Assembly (NCBI GenBank): GCA_965208105.1
Contig: OZ242318.1
Location: forward strand, 2,656,001-2,720,000
Direction: 5' to 3'
Length of the DNA: 64,000 bases
Source: Candidatus Latescibacterota bacterium
Lineage (GTDB): Bacteria; Latescibacterota; UBA2968; UBA8231
Under the pieces are notes generated by a model. It ran no database searches, was not told where the DNA came from, and worked only from the letters and a program-made list of their open reading frames with translations. Positions 40,449 to 49,193 of this stretch are shown here, one piece after another (position 1 is the stretch's first letter; every line of letters begins with the position of its first letter). The translations under genes and the position numbers were made by a program.

Positions 40449-42202
40449 TCCAGGACCACCACTTTCCCGAAGGCCTGTTTTCCGCCGCCCAGCTCGACCC
40501 GGTAGAAGTAGACCCCGTTGGCCACGGCGGCGCCGTCGTCGCCGCGGCCGTCCCAGTTCTCCCCGTGGTTGCGCTGCCCCTGGCGCTCCTCTGCGTCGAT
40601 CAGCGTGCGCACCAGGCGGCTGGCGAAGTCGTAGATCTTTATGGTGACCTGGTCGCCCTGGGCCATGCTGTAGTGGATGCGGGTCTGCTCGTCCTGCCTT
40701 GGAGCAAAGGGGTTTGGAGCGGCATAGGTGCGAACCCGGCCGCCCAGGGTGTAGAGGCTGTCGAGGGCATTGCCCCCGCCGATGAACCCGCCGGTATCGA
40801 TGGACAGGGTCTTAACCGGGGACTTGACGATCCTCCAGCTGACACCTTCGTCGGTACTGCGGCCCATCCCGGTCTCTGCCCCCGCCCACAGGAGCTCGTC
40901 CACCGTCTCCAGACCGACGAAGACGCCGCTGAGGCGGTCGCGGCTGACGGAGTCTTCGACCAGGACGTTCGACCAGGTTCGGCCCTGGTCCATGCTTGCA
41001 TACAATCCCTGGTTGGTGGCCGCCCACACCGCATTGTCGGTAAAGGCGAAATCCCACGCATAGGCCGAGTCCGTGCTCCCCTCGAGGACCGGGCCGACGA
41101 TCTCCCAGGTTTCGCCGTGGTCGCGGCTGAAGCTGATGGAGTTGATCTGGCCCGGGACCATGACCCGGTCGGTGACCTGCGCGCCGGCCCAGATCACGGT
41201 GCCGCCGTCCGGGAGGACCTGGCGGTCGAGGCTCACCACCCAGTTGGCCCCGATATTTCCAGGAATCGGGCTTCCTTCCTCGTCGAGGCGGACCTTGATG
41301 TTTTTCCAGGTGGCGCCGCCGTCGAAGCTGCGGGCGATGCCGCTGGATGTGCCGATCCAGACCGTGTCGCCGTAGGCCAGGACCGCGAAGGTGCGGTGGA
41401 GCAGCTCCTGGTTTCGCAGGCTGTCGCTGGCGGCGCGCAGGCTTTTGACCTCTTCTCCTGGCCCCCCAGCCTGCTCCAGGCTGTCGGCCCGGGCGGCGAC
41501 GACGACCGCCTCGGTTTCGTCGTCATCAAAGATTATTTCGCCGGCGCCGTCGGGAAGGACGCGCTCCCAGGTTCGGCCTGCGTCCGCGGAGCGAACTGAA
41601 GAACCGGAAAAGAAGGCAGCCCAGACCACGTCGCCCACCAGGGCCAGGCCGAAGCAGGCATTGTTGATTTCCGTAGTGGGCCCCCTGCCGAAGCCCGCTC
41701 TGGTGATGTCAAAGATGGCAGAGTTGGGGACGTGCTGCCAGGTGGCGCCGCTGTCGAAGGAGAAACTCAGGCCGCCGCTCACCTGCTTCTTTCCGATACT
41801 GGAAATGGTGGTATCGAAGAGGGTGGCGACCCAGACCGTGTCGCCCACCGCGTCCAGGGCGCTGACCGCTCCCCGGCCCAGGCCATTGGCCTCGGTGAAG
41901 GTCACCCAGTGGGCTCCTTCGAGACCGCTGGCCCGGTTGGGATCGAGGCGGGCCAGGCCGTTCTCGGTGCCCACCCACAAGTAGCGCCCGCTCCACTTCA
42001 TATCGCCGATGTCGGTGCCGATCAGTCCCGCGAATGGCTCCGCCGTTTCCCCGTCCTGGGAAAAGCGCAGTGGAACGGCGGCTTCCGCGCCGGTGGTCAG
42101 CCGGGGAGTGCCCGATGCACAGCACAGCAGGGCAGCCGCGGCGAGAAAGAACCGGAGGATGCCCCCGGGATTGAAATCACGGGTGCGGAAGTAAAGCTTC
42201 AT
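40445..42202 (-). CDS. Secreted BNR/Asp-box beta-propeller with C-terminal FlgD-Ig/T9SS-type sorting domain
   Basis: Six SxDxGxTW-like repeats. C-terminal PNPF...IYD..RLVRTL...WDG...GVYFYR...KVVVLD. Confidence 0.8.
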   Translation of the reverse strand: MKLYFRTRDFNPGGILRFFLAAAALLCCASGTPRLTTGAEAAVPLRFSQDGETAEPFAGLIGTDIGDMKWSGRYLWVGTENGLARLDPNRASGLEGAHWVTFTEANGLGRGAVSALDAVGDTVWVATLFDTTISSIGKKQVSGGLSFSFDSGATWQHVPNSAIFDITRAGFGRGPTTEINNACFGLALVGDVVWAAFFSGSSVRSADAGRTWERVLPDGAGEIIFDDDETEAVVVAARADSLEQAGGPGEEVKSLRAASDSLRNQELLHRTFAVLAYGDTVWIGTSSGIARSFDGGATWKNIKVRLDEEGSPIPGNIGANWVVSLDRQVLPDGGTVIWAGAQVTDRVMVPGQINSISFSRDHGETWEIVGPVLEGSTDSAYAWDFAFTDNAVWAATNQGLYASMDQGRTWSNVLVEDSVSRDRLSGVFVGLETVDELLWAGAETGMGRSTDEGVSWRIVKSPVKTLSIDTGGFIGGGNALDSLYTLGGRVRTYAAPNPFAPRQDEQTRIHYSMAQGDQVTIKIYDFASRLVRTLIDAEERQGQRNHGENWDGRGDDGAAVANGVYFYRVELGGGKQAFGKVVVLD

Positions 42203-42248
42203 CAAGCTGAGCTGGGTTCTGAAATCAAGGAGAAAGGGGTCACGCAAT

Positions 42249-43076
42249 TCAGGAGTATATCGCCGCGCGGGCGCGCATTGCTTCAATGGCTTCGTAGCCG
42301 ATTCCGTAATCGCCGATGCGCGCCCCCTCGACATCGCCGTGGCTGTCGGACCCGCCGGACTTGAGCAAGCCGTAGCGGTTGGCGATCTGGGTATAGTAGT
42401 CGATCTGGGTGCGTTGGTGGCTGGGGTGGAAGACCTCGATGCCATCCAGGCCGCCGTCCACCAGCTCGGCGAGCAAGGGCTCCGGCAGATTGGCTCCGGG
42501 GTGGGCAAGGAACGTGACCCCTCCGATCTGGTGAACCAACTCGATTACTCCCTGCGCCGCAGTGTAGGGCTTGGGAACAAAGGCCGGGGCGCGGTTCCCA
42601 AGATAGCGATCGAAGGCCTCTTCCTTGCTGGTCACGAGGCCGCGATTTACCATGGTTGCGGCGATGTGCGGCCTGCCCAGGGGACTGGCGCCGGCCTCCC
42701 CGAGAACCTCCTCCAAGGTCATCTCCACGCCCAGGCTGTTCAGACGCTCCACTATGGAACTTCCGCGCTCGTGACGATGGCGGTGCAGGAAACCCAGGTG
42801 GTCGGCCAGCCGGGGGTTTTTCCACTCGAAGCAGTAGGCCAGGATATGGACCTCGCGCTCCCTGACGTGGGCACTGAGCTCGGTGCCGGGAACGACCTCG
42901 ATGTTCCGCCTGCGGCCGGTTTCCACCGCCTCGTCGATGCCGGCAACGGTGTCGTGGTCGGTGAGGCTCAAGGCCTGCAGGCCCGCGCCGTGGGCTTCCT
43001 CGACGGCCTGGGAAGGTGTTCGCAGGCCGTCCGAGCAAAACGAATGGATGTGAAGGTCGGCCAGGTTGTAGCGCAC
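42249..43076 (-). CDS. PHP-domain phosphoesterase (YciV/TrpH-like)
   Basis: DLHIHS.CSDG, TDHD, HILAY, GRPH, LAHP and GGSDSHG. Confidence 0.88.
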   Translation of the reverse strand: MRYNLADLHIHSFCSDGLRTPSQAVEEAHGAGLQALSLTDHDTVAGIDEAVETGRRRNIEVVPGTELSAHVREREVHILAYCFEWKNPRLADHLGFLHRHRHERGSSIVERLNSLGVEMTLEEVLGEAGASPLGRPHIAATMVNRGLVTSKEEAFDRYLGNRAPAFVPKPYTAAQGVIELVHQIGGVTFLAHPGANLPEPLLAELVDGGLDGIEVFHPSHQRTQIDYYTQIANRYGLLKSGGSDSHGDVEGARIGDYGIGYEAIEAMRARAAIYS

Positions 43077-43364
43077 GAATCGCCTTTGCAGCTCGGGATA
43101 TGGCCGCTCTTCGGTTTGCGGCTGTATATCCCAGAAAAACCATTGGATTACGAAATGCAAAAATAAGCACAAAACCCCTTTATCGCCACTTCACCCGCCA
43201 GTGCAAACCGTTCCGGAGATTTCCGGCCCCATATAACCCCGATTCTACATGACGGTGTTTCAAATTGCCGCCGCTGCCGTCTTCTTCAAGATCGAACATT
43301 GCCAGGGGGCACCCGGCCGGGAGTATTCTTCCCTGCCATCCAGATCAAATTCCGGCTCCCTGGA

Positions 43365-43643
43365 TCAGATGTAATTCAATCCCAGCTCCGCCACCAGTTC
43401 CCGGGTTGATTCGTCGAGAAGCGAGCAGATCAGGGTGACTCCCAGCTCGTTCTCCAGCCTGGCGGCAAAATTCTGCTGTTCGTCCCTGTAGTTGAGACGC
43501 TGAAAGCCGAGAACAGTTTCCTTGAAATCATTCGGCCGCTCATAGAGCAATAGCTGTGCCATTTCCGGCTGGTTCAGGGCGTCGGCGACGAACTCCTGGC
43601 CGAAAATCTCTTCGAGGGCTGTGCGAAGCTGGCGATGGAGCAT
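43365..43643 (-). CDS. Hypothetical protein (92 aa, acidic, helical)
   Basis: Protein-like composition. The ATG overlaps the upstream stop as TGATG. Confidence 0.6.
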   Translation of the reverse strand: MLHRQLRTALEEIFGQEFVADALNQPEMAQLLLYERPNDFKETVLGFQRLNYRDEQQNFAARLENELGVTLICSLLDESTRELVAELGLNYI

Positions 43644-43831
43644 CAGAAAGGATAGACCTCGTCCAGTTGTTTGATCAGGCGGGGCTGTTGGCGGCACCCC
43701 GCCCCATGGTCGATGACGACGGCAATGGCGGTGCGGTGGCGCCACAGGGCCACCACCAGGCCCGGGTCAATGGGCAACTGCCGCATTTCCAGGCGAAAAA
43801 TGATGAAGGCGCCTATCAGATTCTTGAGCAT
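43643..43831 (-). CDS. Hypothetical small protein (62 aa)
   Basis: RBS-like GAAGGGA. The stop overlaps the next ATG, suggesting translational coupling. Confidence 0.45.
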   Translation of the reverse strand: MLKNLIGAFIIFRLEMRQLPIDPGLVVALWRHRTAIAVVIDHGAGCRQQPRLIKQLDEVYPF

Positions 43832-43939
43832 GGCCGAGATTCCCTTCAGGACCTGGAGATGGGCAGCCGGCTGGGCAGGGCTCGTCCCGGACAGCCTCTC
43901 CGCGTCGTATTGTTGCCCGCCGGACCGCCGGCGGCCTCT

Positions 43940-44908
43940 TCAGGAGAAATAAGGCGCAATGTTCTTCTCGATGCGATCGGAGATCGGAACTGTGTCCAAT
44001 TCGGAAGAAAAGGACTCGCCCGTGACGCGTTCGAACAGATCGATGTAGCGCGCCGCCACCTGGGTGCGGATTTCCTCATCCAGCTCGGGAATGTTGTCGT
44101 CGGAGATGTTGCGCTCTTTGAGCCAAAGGCGCAAGAACTCCTTGTCCAGGCTCTCGGGCTCCTCACCGCGGGAGTGGCGCTCCTCGTAGGAATCAGCCAC
44201 CCAGTAGCGCGATGAGTCCGGAGTGTGGATTTCGTCGGCGACCGTGACCCGGCCCTGCCGGTCGAGCCCCATTTCGTACTTTGTGTCCACCAGAATAAGG
44301 CCCTGCCGGGCGGCCAACTCCGTTCCACGCGCAAAGAGGGCCAGGGCGATCTCCTCGACCTGCCCCCAGGTGTCCCTGGACACCAGCCCGCGTTCGAGAA
44401 TCTGCTGGGGAGAAATGGACTCGTCGTGGTCCTCGGCCTTGGTGGTCGGCGTAATGATCGGCTCGTCGAAGGGCTGGTTCTTCACCATGCCGTCGGGCAG
44501 GTCGACGCCGCAAAATTTGCGTACTCCCTTGTTGTAGTTGGTCCACACCGAGGTATCGGTACTTCCGGTGAGGTATCGGCGCACGACGATCTCCACGGGG
44601 AGCATGTCGAGTTCCTCGGCAACGGTGACATTGGGGTCCGGAACCGCAATCACCTGGTTGGGAGCAATATCGGAGGTTTGGTCGAACCAGTAGCGGGCGA
44701 TGCGATTGAGGACCTGTCCCTTCAAGGGAATGGTTCCGAGAACGTGGTCAAAGGCACTCTGGCGATCGGTGGCGATGAGGATGCGTTTGTCCTCGAGCAG
44801 GTACATGTCTCTGACCTTGCCCTGCCTGTAGTACTGCTGCCAGGATTCGTAGCGGGCTTCAAGCAGGCAGTTGTCGAGCTGGGATTCGATTTGCTCCTTC
44901 GATATCAT
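43940..44908 (-). CDS. purC: SAICAR synthetase
   Basis: QGKVRDMY, TDRQSAFD, TPTTKA, LVDTKYE, DEIHTPDSSRYW and LDKE. Confidence 0.95.
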   Translation of the reverse strand: MISKEQIESQLDNCLLEARYESWQQYYRQGKVRDMYLLEDKRILIATDRQSAFDHVLGTIPLKGQVLNRIARYWFDQTSDIAPNQVIAVPDPNVTVAEELDMLPVEIVVRRYLTGSTDTSVWTNYNKGVRKFCGVDLPDGMVKNQPFDEPIITPTTKAEDHDESISPQQILERGLVSRDTWGQVEEIALALFARGTELAARQGLILVDTKYEMGLDRQGRVTVADEIHTPDSSRYWVADSYEERHSRGEEPESLDKEFLRLWLKERNISDDNIPELDEEIRTQVAARYIDLFERVTGESFSSELDTVPISDRIEKNIAPYFS

Positions 44909-45322
44909 GGTTCCGGGCTCCTTGTTGTGTTTGTGCAGCACGGTGCCGGCAACGGGAGGATTGCGGCTGTTCAACCTTGATTTTCCCGGTTAATATAGGA
45001 GATTTGCCGGCGAAATCCACTCGGCTGCTCCGGTTGCCTGCTGCCCTCTTCTGGCTTTCCGGCCCGCTGCCGAACCGAATTCACCCAACCCTGCCGGGAA
45101 GTCGGCAACGCGGCAGCCGGGCTGTTTTCGGCGCTTGATCAATCTGGGGCCGGTCCTATGTTTCCCGGAGTGACGCGTACCGAGCCCTGGAGTAGATTGC
45201 ATGGACCCATTGGAGGTGGCCGGTCCCCAATTGCGGCATGCGGTGACCGTGGGCCTGGCCGCAGGCTCGCCGCCCGCTGCTGGATCTCGAGCCAAACCCC
45301 GCAAGGATAAATGGAGGCATGA

Positions 45323-45796
45323 ATGTGGTCGCGGATTTCGGCGTCTGTGATGATCGCCGCTTTGTGGGGCTGCGCGGACAGGGCGGAAATCGGTGAAACC
45401 GCAGCCTATGTCGCCCGGGTGAAGAAACTCCACCATTACAACCAGGAGATCCAGACCCGCATCGACTACTTCGCCGACCTCCATCTCGATGCCGGAGAAG
45501 CAGAGATGGAATCCGTGCGCACCTTGATTGAAGATTACGCCAGGGAGGTGAAATTATTGGGGGGACCCGATGATCCGGCTCTCCGGAGAATTCACGAACT
45601 GTACGTCCGCTCCCTCGAGGAATTCCTGGATCCGGGCAAGGATCGATCGGAGGGACCTGGGCAGCGGCGCCGTGCAGTCGCCCCAGGGTTGCGGCAGTTG
45701 CGGCGGAATATCAGAGACCTGGTTCACCCGGGTTTAAGGGTGCTGCTGGCGCGACGCAACCTGGATGGGGACGAATACGATTTGCGATGGCCCTAG
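45323..45796 (+). CDS. Hypothetical lipoprotein
   Basis: RBS GGAGG and lipobox LWGC. Its stop TAG (45794-45796) is the MITE/IS insertion point. Confidence 0.65.
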   Translation: MWSRISASVMIAALWGCADRAEIGETAAYVARVKKLHHYNQEIQTRIDYFADLHLDAGEAEMESVRTLIEDYAREVKLLGGPDDPALRRIHELYVRSLEEFLDPGKDRSEGPGQRRRAVAPGLRQLRRNIRDLVHPGLRVLLARRNLDGDEYDLRWP

Positions 45797-45910
45797 ACCT
45801 TATGTATTGACGGAGATATGAAAGACCTCCTCCGATTTCGGTTTTCGGGGGTTATCTTTGGGAAAACGGAGTTCACCCAAAGACCTATCCCCAGCGAAAA
45901 GGAGGAGGCC

Positions 45911-47050
45911 ATGCGTAAATCTACGAAATTCGTCGCCTTGGACATACATAAAGATTCGATCACCGTCGCCCTGGCCGGTGAAGGCCTCCAAGGGCCAAAG
46001 CTGTATGGAACGATACCGTCTACGGGCGCTGCGTTGTCCAAGCTGGCGGGCCAACTGGCCCGTGGTGGGACCTCGTTGCGGTTTTGCTACGAGGCCGGAC
46101 CCTGCGGCTACGGCGTCTACCGTCAGCTCACAGCCCTGGGGCACGCCTGCACGGTGGTGGCGCCCTCGCTGATCCCGCGTCGGCCGGGCGACCGCATCAA
46201 GACCGACCGCCGCGATGCTGTGTCTCTGGTGCGGCTTTTCCAACACGGCGAGTTGACCCCCGTGTGGGTGCCCGACGAAGCGCAGGAGGCGATGCGCGAT
46301 CTGGAGCGCTGCCGGGAAGACTTCAAGCACGCCGAGCGCCGCGTGCGCCAGCGGCTGAACAGCTTCTTGCAGCGCCACGGCCGGATCTACTCCGGGCGCA
46401 GTCGCTGGACCCAAGCCCACTTTCGCTGGCTGCAGACCCAGCGCTTCGATCATCCGGCCCAGCAGATCGTCTTTCAGGAATACGTGGACGCGGTACAGGA
46501 AGCCCAAGGTCGGATCCAGGGGTTGGACCAGGCCCTGCAGCAGGCGCTGGAGGGATGGTCTTTGGAAGGGGAGACGCGGGCTATGAGGGCGCTGCGCGGG
46601 GTAGACACGCTCACCGCGGTTACGACCCTGGCCGAGTTGGGGGACCTCACCCGCTTTGACTCGCCGCGCCAACTGATGGCCTTCGTCGGTCTGGTCCCCA
46701 GCGAGCATTCCAGCGGCTCCCGCCAAAAGCGAGGGGCGATCACCAAGGCGGGCAACGCCCACGTGCGGCGCGTGCTGGTGGAAGCGGCCTGGTGCTATCG
46801 CTTTCCCGCCCGCAAGACGGCCGCCTTGCAACGACGCGCCGAACAGACCGCACCCCCCATACAGGCCATCGCCTGGAAGGCACAGAAACGCCTGTGTGGA
46901 CGCTATCGACGGCTGAGTGGGCGAGGGATGCCGAAGAACAAGGTGTGCTGCGCGATCGCGCGGGAGCTTTTGGGTTTCATCTGGGCCATCGCCTGGGAGC
47001 AGAAACGCCCCGGCCGCCTCGTGGCCAGGAGACCTCGGATCGCCGCCTGA
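45911..47050 (+). CDS. IS110 family DEDD recombinase/transposase (379 aa)
   Basis: RBS GGAGGAGG. ALDIHK, YEAG and KTDRRDA (DEDD), plus GLVPSEHSSG in the C-terminal Tnp domain. Intact frame. Confidence 0.95.
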   Translation: MRKSTKFVALDIHKDSITVALAGEGLQGPKLYGTIPSTGAALSKLAGQLARGGTSLRFCYEAGPCGYGVYRQLTALGHACTVVAPSLIPRRPGDRIKTDRRDAVSLVRLFQHGELTPVWVPDEAQEAMRDLERCREDFKHAERRVRQRLNSFLQRHGRIYSGRSRWTQAHFRWLQTQRFDHPAQQIVFQEYVDAVQEAQGRIQGLDQALQQALEGWSLEGETRAMRALRGVDTLTAVTTLAELGDLTRFDSPRQLMAFVGLVPSEHSSGSRQKRGAITKAGNAHVRRVLVEAAWCYRFPARKTAALQRRAEQTAPPIQAIAWKAQKRLCGRYRRLSGRGMPKNKVCCAIARELLGFIWAIAWEQKRPGRLVARRPRIAA

Positions 47051-47103
47051 TAAGCTCATCGTCTCAGAAGCCGGCATAGGACCTTTGCTCATGTAAATCG
47101 AAA

Positions 47104-47274
47104 CGGGACAGAAGGGACCGGTCAGGAGAATCCTCGAAGACACTATGAGGCGCCTTTTCAGGCTGACCCTCGACCATAGACTGAGGCCGCTCCGCGACGC
47201 ACCCAGGACAGGCGGTAGCCAACCCGCGAATATCAGTCGGATCAACCGTCGCTACAGCGTCCCTTCTGTTGCCG
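47104..47274 (+). ncRNA. Putative bridge RNA / seekRNA of the IS1111-type element
   Basis: An 11-bp closing stem (47108-47118 with 47259-47269) encloses two internal-loop hairpins. The loops contain GACACTA (reverse complement of target TAGTGTC), CCATAG (vs target CCCTAG) and ATATCAG (donor end). Confidence 0.72.
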
Positions 47275-47345
47275 AACAAACTCATGCAAAGATAACACCC
47301 GAAATGACCACCCCGGAGGGGGTTGACAACCGTCAATACATATCA

Positions 47346-47507
47346 GTGTCCCGTCGCAGAGATAGGTTGACGCAATTGGGCCGCCGAGGCGCCCGGCTCA
47401 CAAGGCGCCTGAGCGAGTCGTACCAGTGGTGTACGGCGAGTGAAGGCAACGCCGTGAGCCGGGATGGATCGGGGGAATAATGGCGACATATCTCTGCGAC
47501 GGGACAC
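47346..47507. mobile_element. 162-bp MITE, copy 2 (left TA junction interrupted by the IS110 element)
   Basis: 19-bp perfect TIR gtgtcccgtcgcagagata. Same length and orientation as copy 1. The right flank reads TG instead of TA. Confidence 0.9.
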
Positions 47508-47517
47508 TGGCAGATTA

Positions 47518-48999
47518 TCAGGGAAGCAGGCGAGGTCGGATGAGAGGTACCCGGAATTGCAGTGCGGACATGAGACCGCTATAGAGAAAGCCGGCGTGGA
47601 AGAGCAGAAGGAAAGGCAGACCCAGGTAGAGATCGACCGACCATGCGCTGTAGAGAATGAAGCCGAAGTAGACGGCCATGGACAACTCGAGGAAGGCCTG
47701 CGCGTTTCTGCGAGCGCTGTATTTCCATTTCCTGACCGAGCTGTCCCGGTGAACCACTCCGTATTTGGGAGTGCGTCTGAAATCGCTCTTATGGCCGATC
47801 AACCCCTCGACCACCGCCCGGGAGTTGTTGATGCACAGGCTCATCCCCAGGGCCATCAGCAAGGGCAGATACTTGATCTGTGCCTTCCAGTTGGAATAGA
47901 GAGCCCGCTGTGAGGCAATGTAAAAACCGGAGATGGCCATGGTCGCCAGGGTGAACAGGGGCAGGTCGACGATGAGCAAGCGCTCCCACCCCAGGTGTGA
48001 ACGGATATTCACCACCGGCAGGCTCAGCAGGGCCACCAGGAGCATCAGGATATAGCAGATGTTGGTGGTGAGATGGAAAGTCGCCTCGATTTTCACCCTG
48101 AGGGGGAAGCTGCTGCCCCAGATTCGCGGCAGCAGCTTCTTTGCCGTCTGCGCCGAACCTTTGGTCCAGCGGTGCTGCTGCAACTTGAAGGCGTTTATTT
48201 CGACGGGGATTTCTCCAGGAACCGAAATCTGGGGCACATAGAGAAACCTCCAGCCTGCCAGTTGGGCCCTGTAGCTCAGGTCCAGGTCCTCGGTAAGGGT
48301 ATCGTGCTGCCAACCTCCGGCATCGACGATTGCCCGCTTCCTCCAGATGCCGGCGGTGCCGTTGAAATTGAAGAAGCGACCGGAGCGGTTGCGCGCCGTG
48401 TGCTCGATCATGAAGTGGCCGTCGAGGAAAATCGATTGTATTCGGGTCAGCAGGGAGTAACGGCGGTTGAGATGGCTCCAGCGCATCTGCACCATCCCGA
48501 TCCGGGGATCGGTGAAATAGTGGATGACCTCGTGCAGAATCCCGGGTGGAGGAACGAAGTCGGCGTCGAAGATGAGAACAAACTCCCCCTTGGCCTTTTC
48601 AAGGCCGGCCGCCAGGGCTCCGGCCTTGAAACCCCTGCGCGAACCGCGGTTCATGTACTCGATGTCGAGCCCCTTGCCGGCGAGGCGGCGGGTAATTTCG
48701 CGGGCCTTCTCACAGGTCTCGTCCCGGGAGTCGTCCAGGACCTGTATTTGCAAGCGGTCGCTGGGATATTCGATTCTGCTTACCGCTCCAAGAAGTCGTT
48801 CTACGACGTGAAGCTCGTTGTAGAGGGGAAGTTGAATGGTGACGGAGGGCAGGGTTTCGAAGCGCTCGCGGGGAAGAACGGGAGCGTCCTGGTGCTTGTA
48901 GAACAAGTGCAGAATCAGGTAGCGGTGGGCACCATAAATAGATAGCAGGCCTATCACCATGCAGTATAGGATCAGGATGGAACTTTCCCAGAATGTCAT
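47518..48999 (-). CDS. Processive GT2 glycosyltransferase (cellulose-synthase-like)
   Basis: QVLDDS, FKAGAL, FDADF, TEDLD and QQHRW (D,D,D,QxxRW) plus TM helices. Confidence 0.9.
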   Translation of the reverse strand: MTFWESSILILYCMVIGLLSIYGAHRYLILHLFYKHQDAPVLPRERFETLPSVTIQLPLYNELHVVERLLGAVSRIEYPSDRLQIQVLDDSRDETCEKAREITRRLAGKGLDIEYMNRGSRRGFKAGALAAGLEKAKGEFVLIFDADFVPPPGILHEVIHYFTDPRIGMVQMRWSHLNRRYSLLTRIQSIFLDGHFMIEHTARNRSGRFFNFNGTAGIWRKRAIVDAGGWQHDTLTEDLDLSYRAQLAGWRFLYVPQISVPGEIPVEINAFKLQQHRWTKGSAQTAKKLLPRIWGSSFPLRVKIEATFHLTTNICYILMLLVALLSLPVVNIRSHLGWERLLIVDLPLFTLATMAISGFYIASQRALYSNWKAQIKYLPLLMALGMSLCINNSRAVVEGLIGHKSDFRRTPKYGVVHRDSSVRKWKYSARRNAQAFLELSMAVYFGFILYSAWSVDLYLGLPFLLLFHAGFLYSGLMSALQFRVPLIRPRLLP

Positions 49000-49193
49000 C
49001 TTTCTATCATGGGAAATGAGGTGTGGATAGTGTCCCCTCCCGATACTTCCATGCGGCTACCCGGCAACGGCATCCTGACCGGAGGCGCGGGGCTGATCCG
49101 CCCGAATTCATCAACGCGGCTCCTCCGCGCGCCCCGCATGCCTGGCGTCTTCAGCCGGTCAGATTCTGCAGCTATTCCCGAGGCGACGCCCTA

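Larger units (their letters stand above)
45797..47346 (+). mobile_element. IS110-family element, IS1111 type (~1.55 kb)
   Basis: 13-bp sub-terminal IRs TATGTATTGACGG (45801-45813) and CCGTCAATACATA (47330-47342). AG core at both junctions (45795-96, 47345-46). Long right non-coding end. Removal restores CCCTAGTGTCCCGTCGC. Confidence 0.92.

Noticed and set aside
43832-43900. PTS EIIA-like peptide HLQVLKGISAMLK upstream of the 62-aa ORF
   Set aside because: The frame has no start codon before the in-frame stop at the purC end and is far too short for that domain.
44975-45320. Possible purine/ZTP riboswitch upstream of purC
   Set aside because: I recognised no consensus elements and found no terminator.
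47103-47110. ACGGGACA in the IS right end is an 8-nt match to the MITE TIR bottom strand
   Set aside because: It falls in the predicted outer closing stem rather than a loop and does not span the AG core, so it is probably coincidental.
45800-47245. 481-aa ORF antisense to the IS110 recombinase
   Set aside because: It is a shadow frame typical of GC-rich coding DNA, with no motifs.
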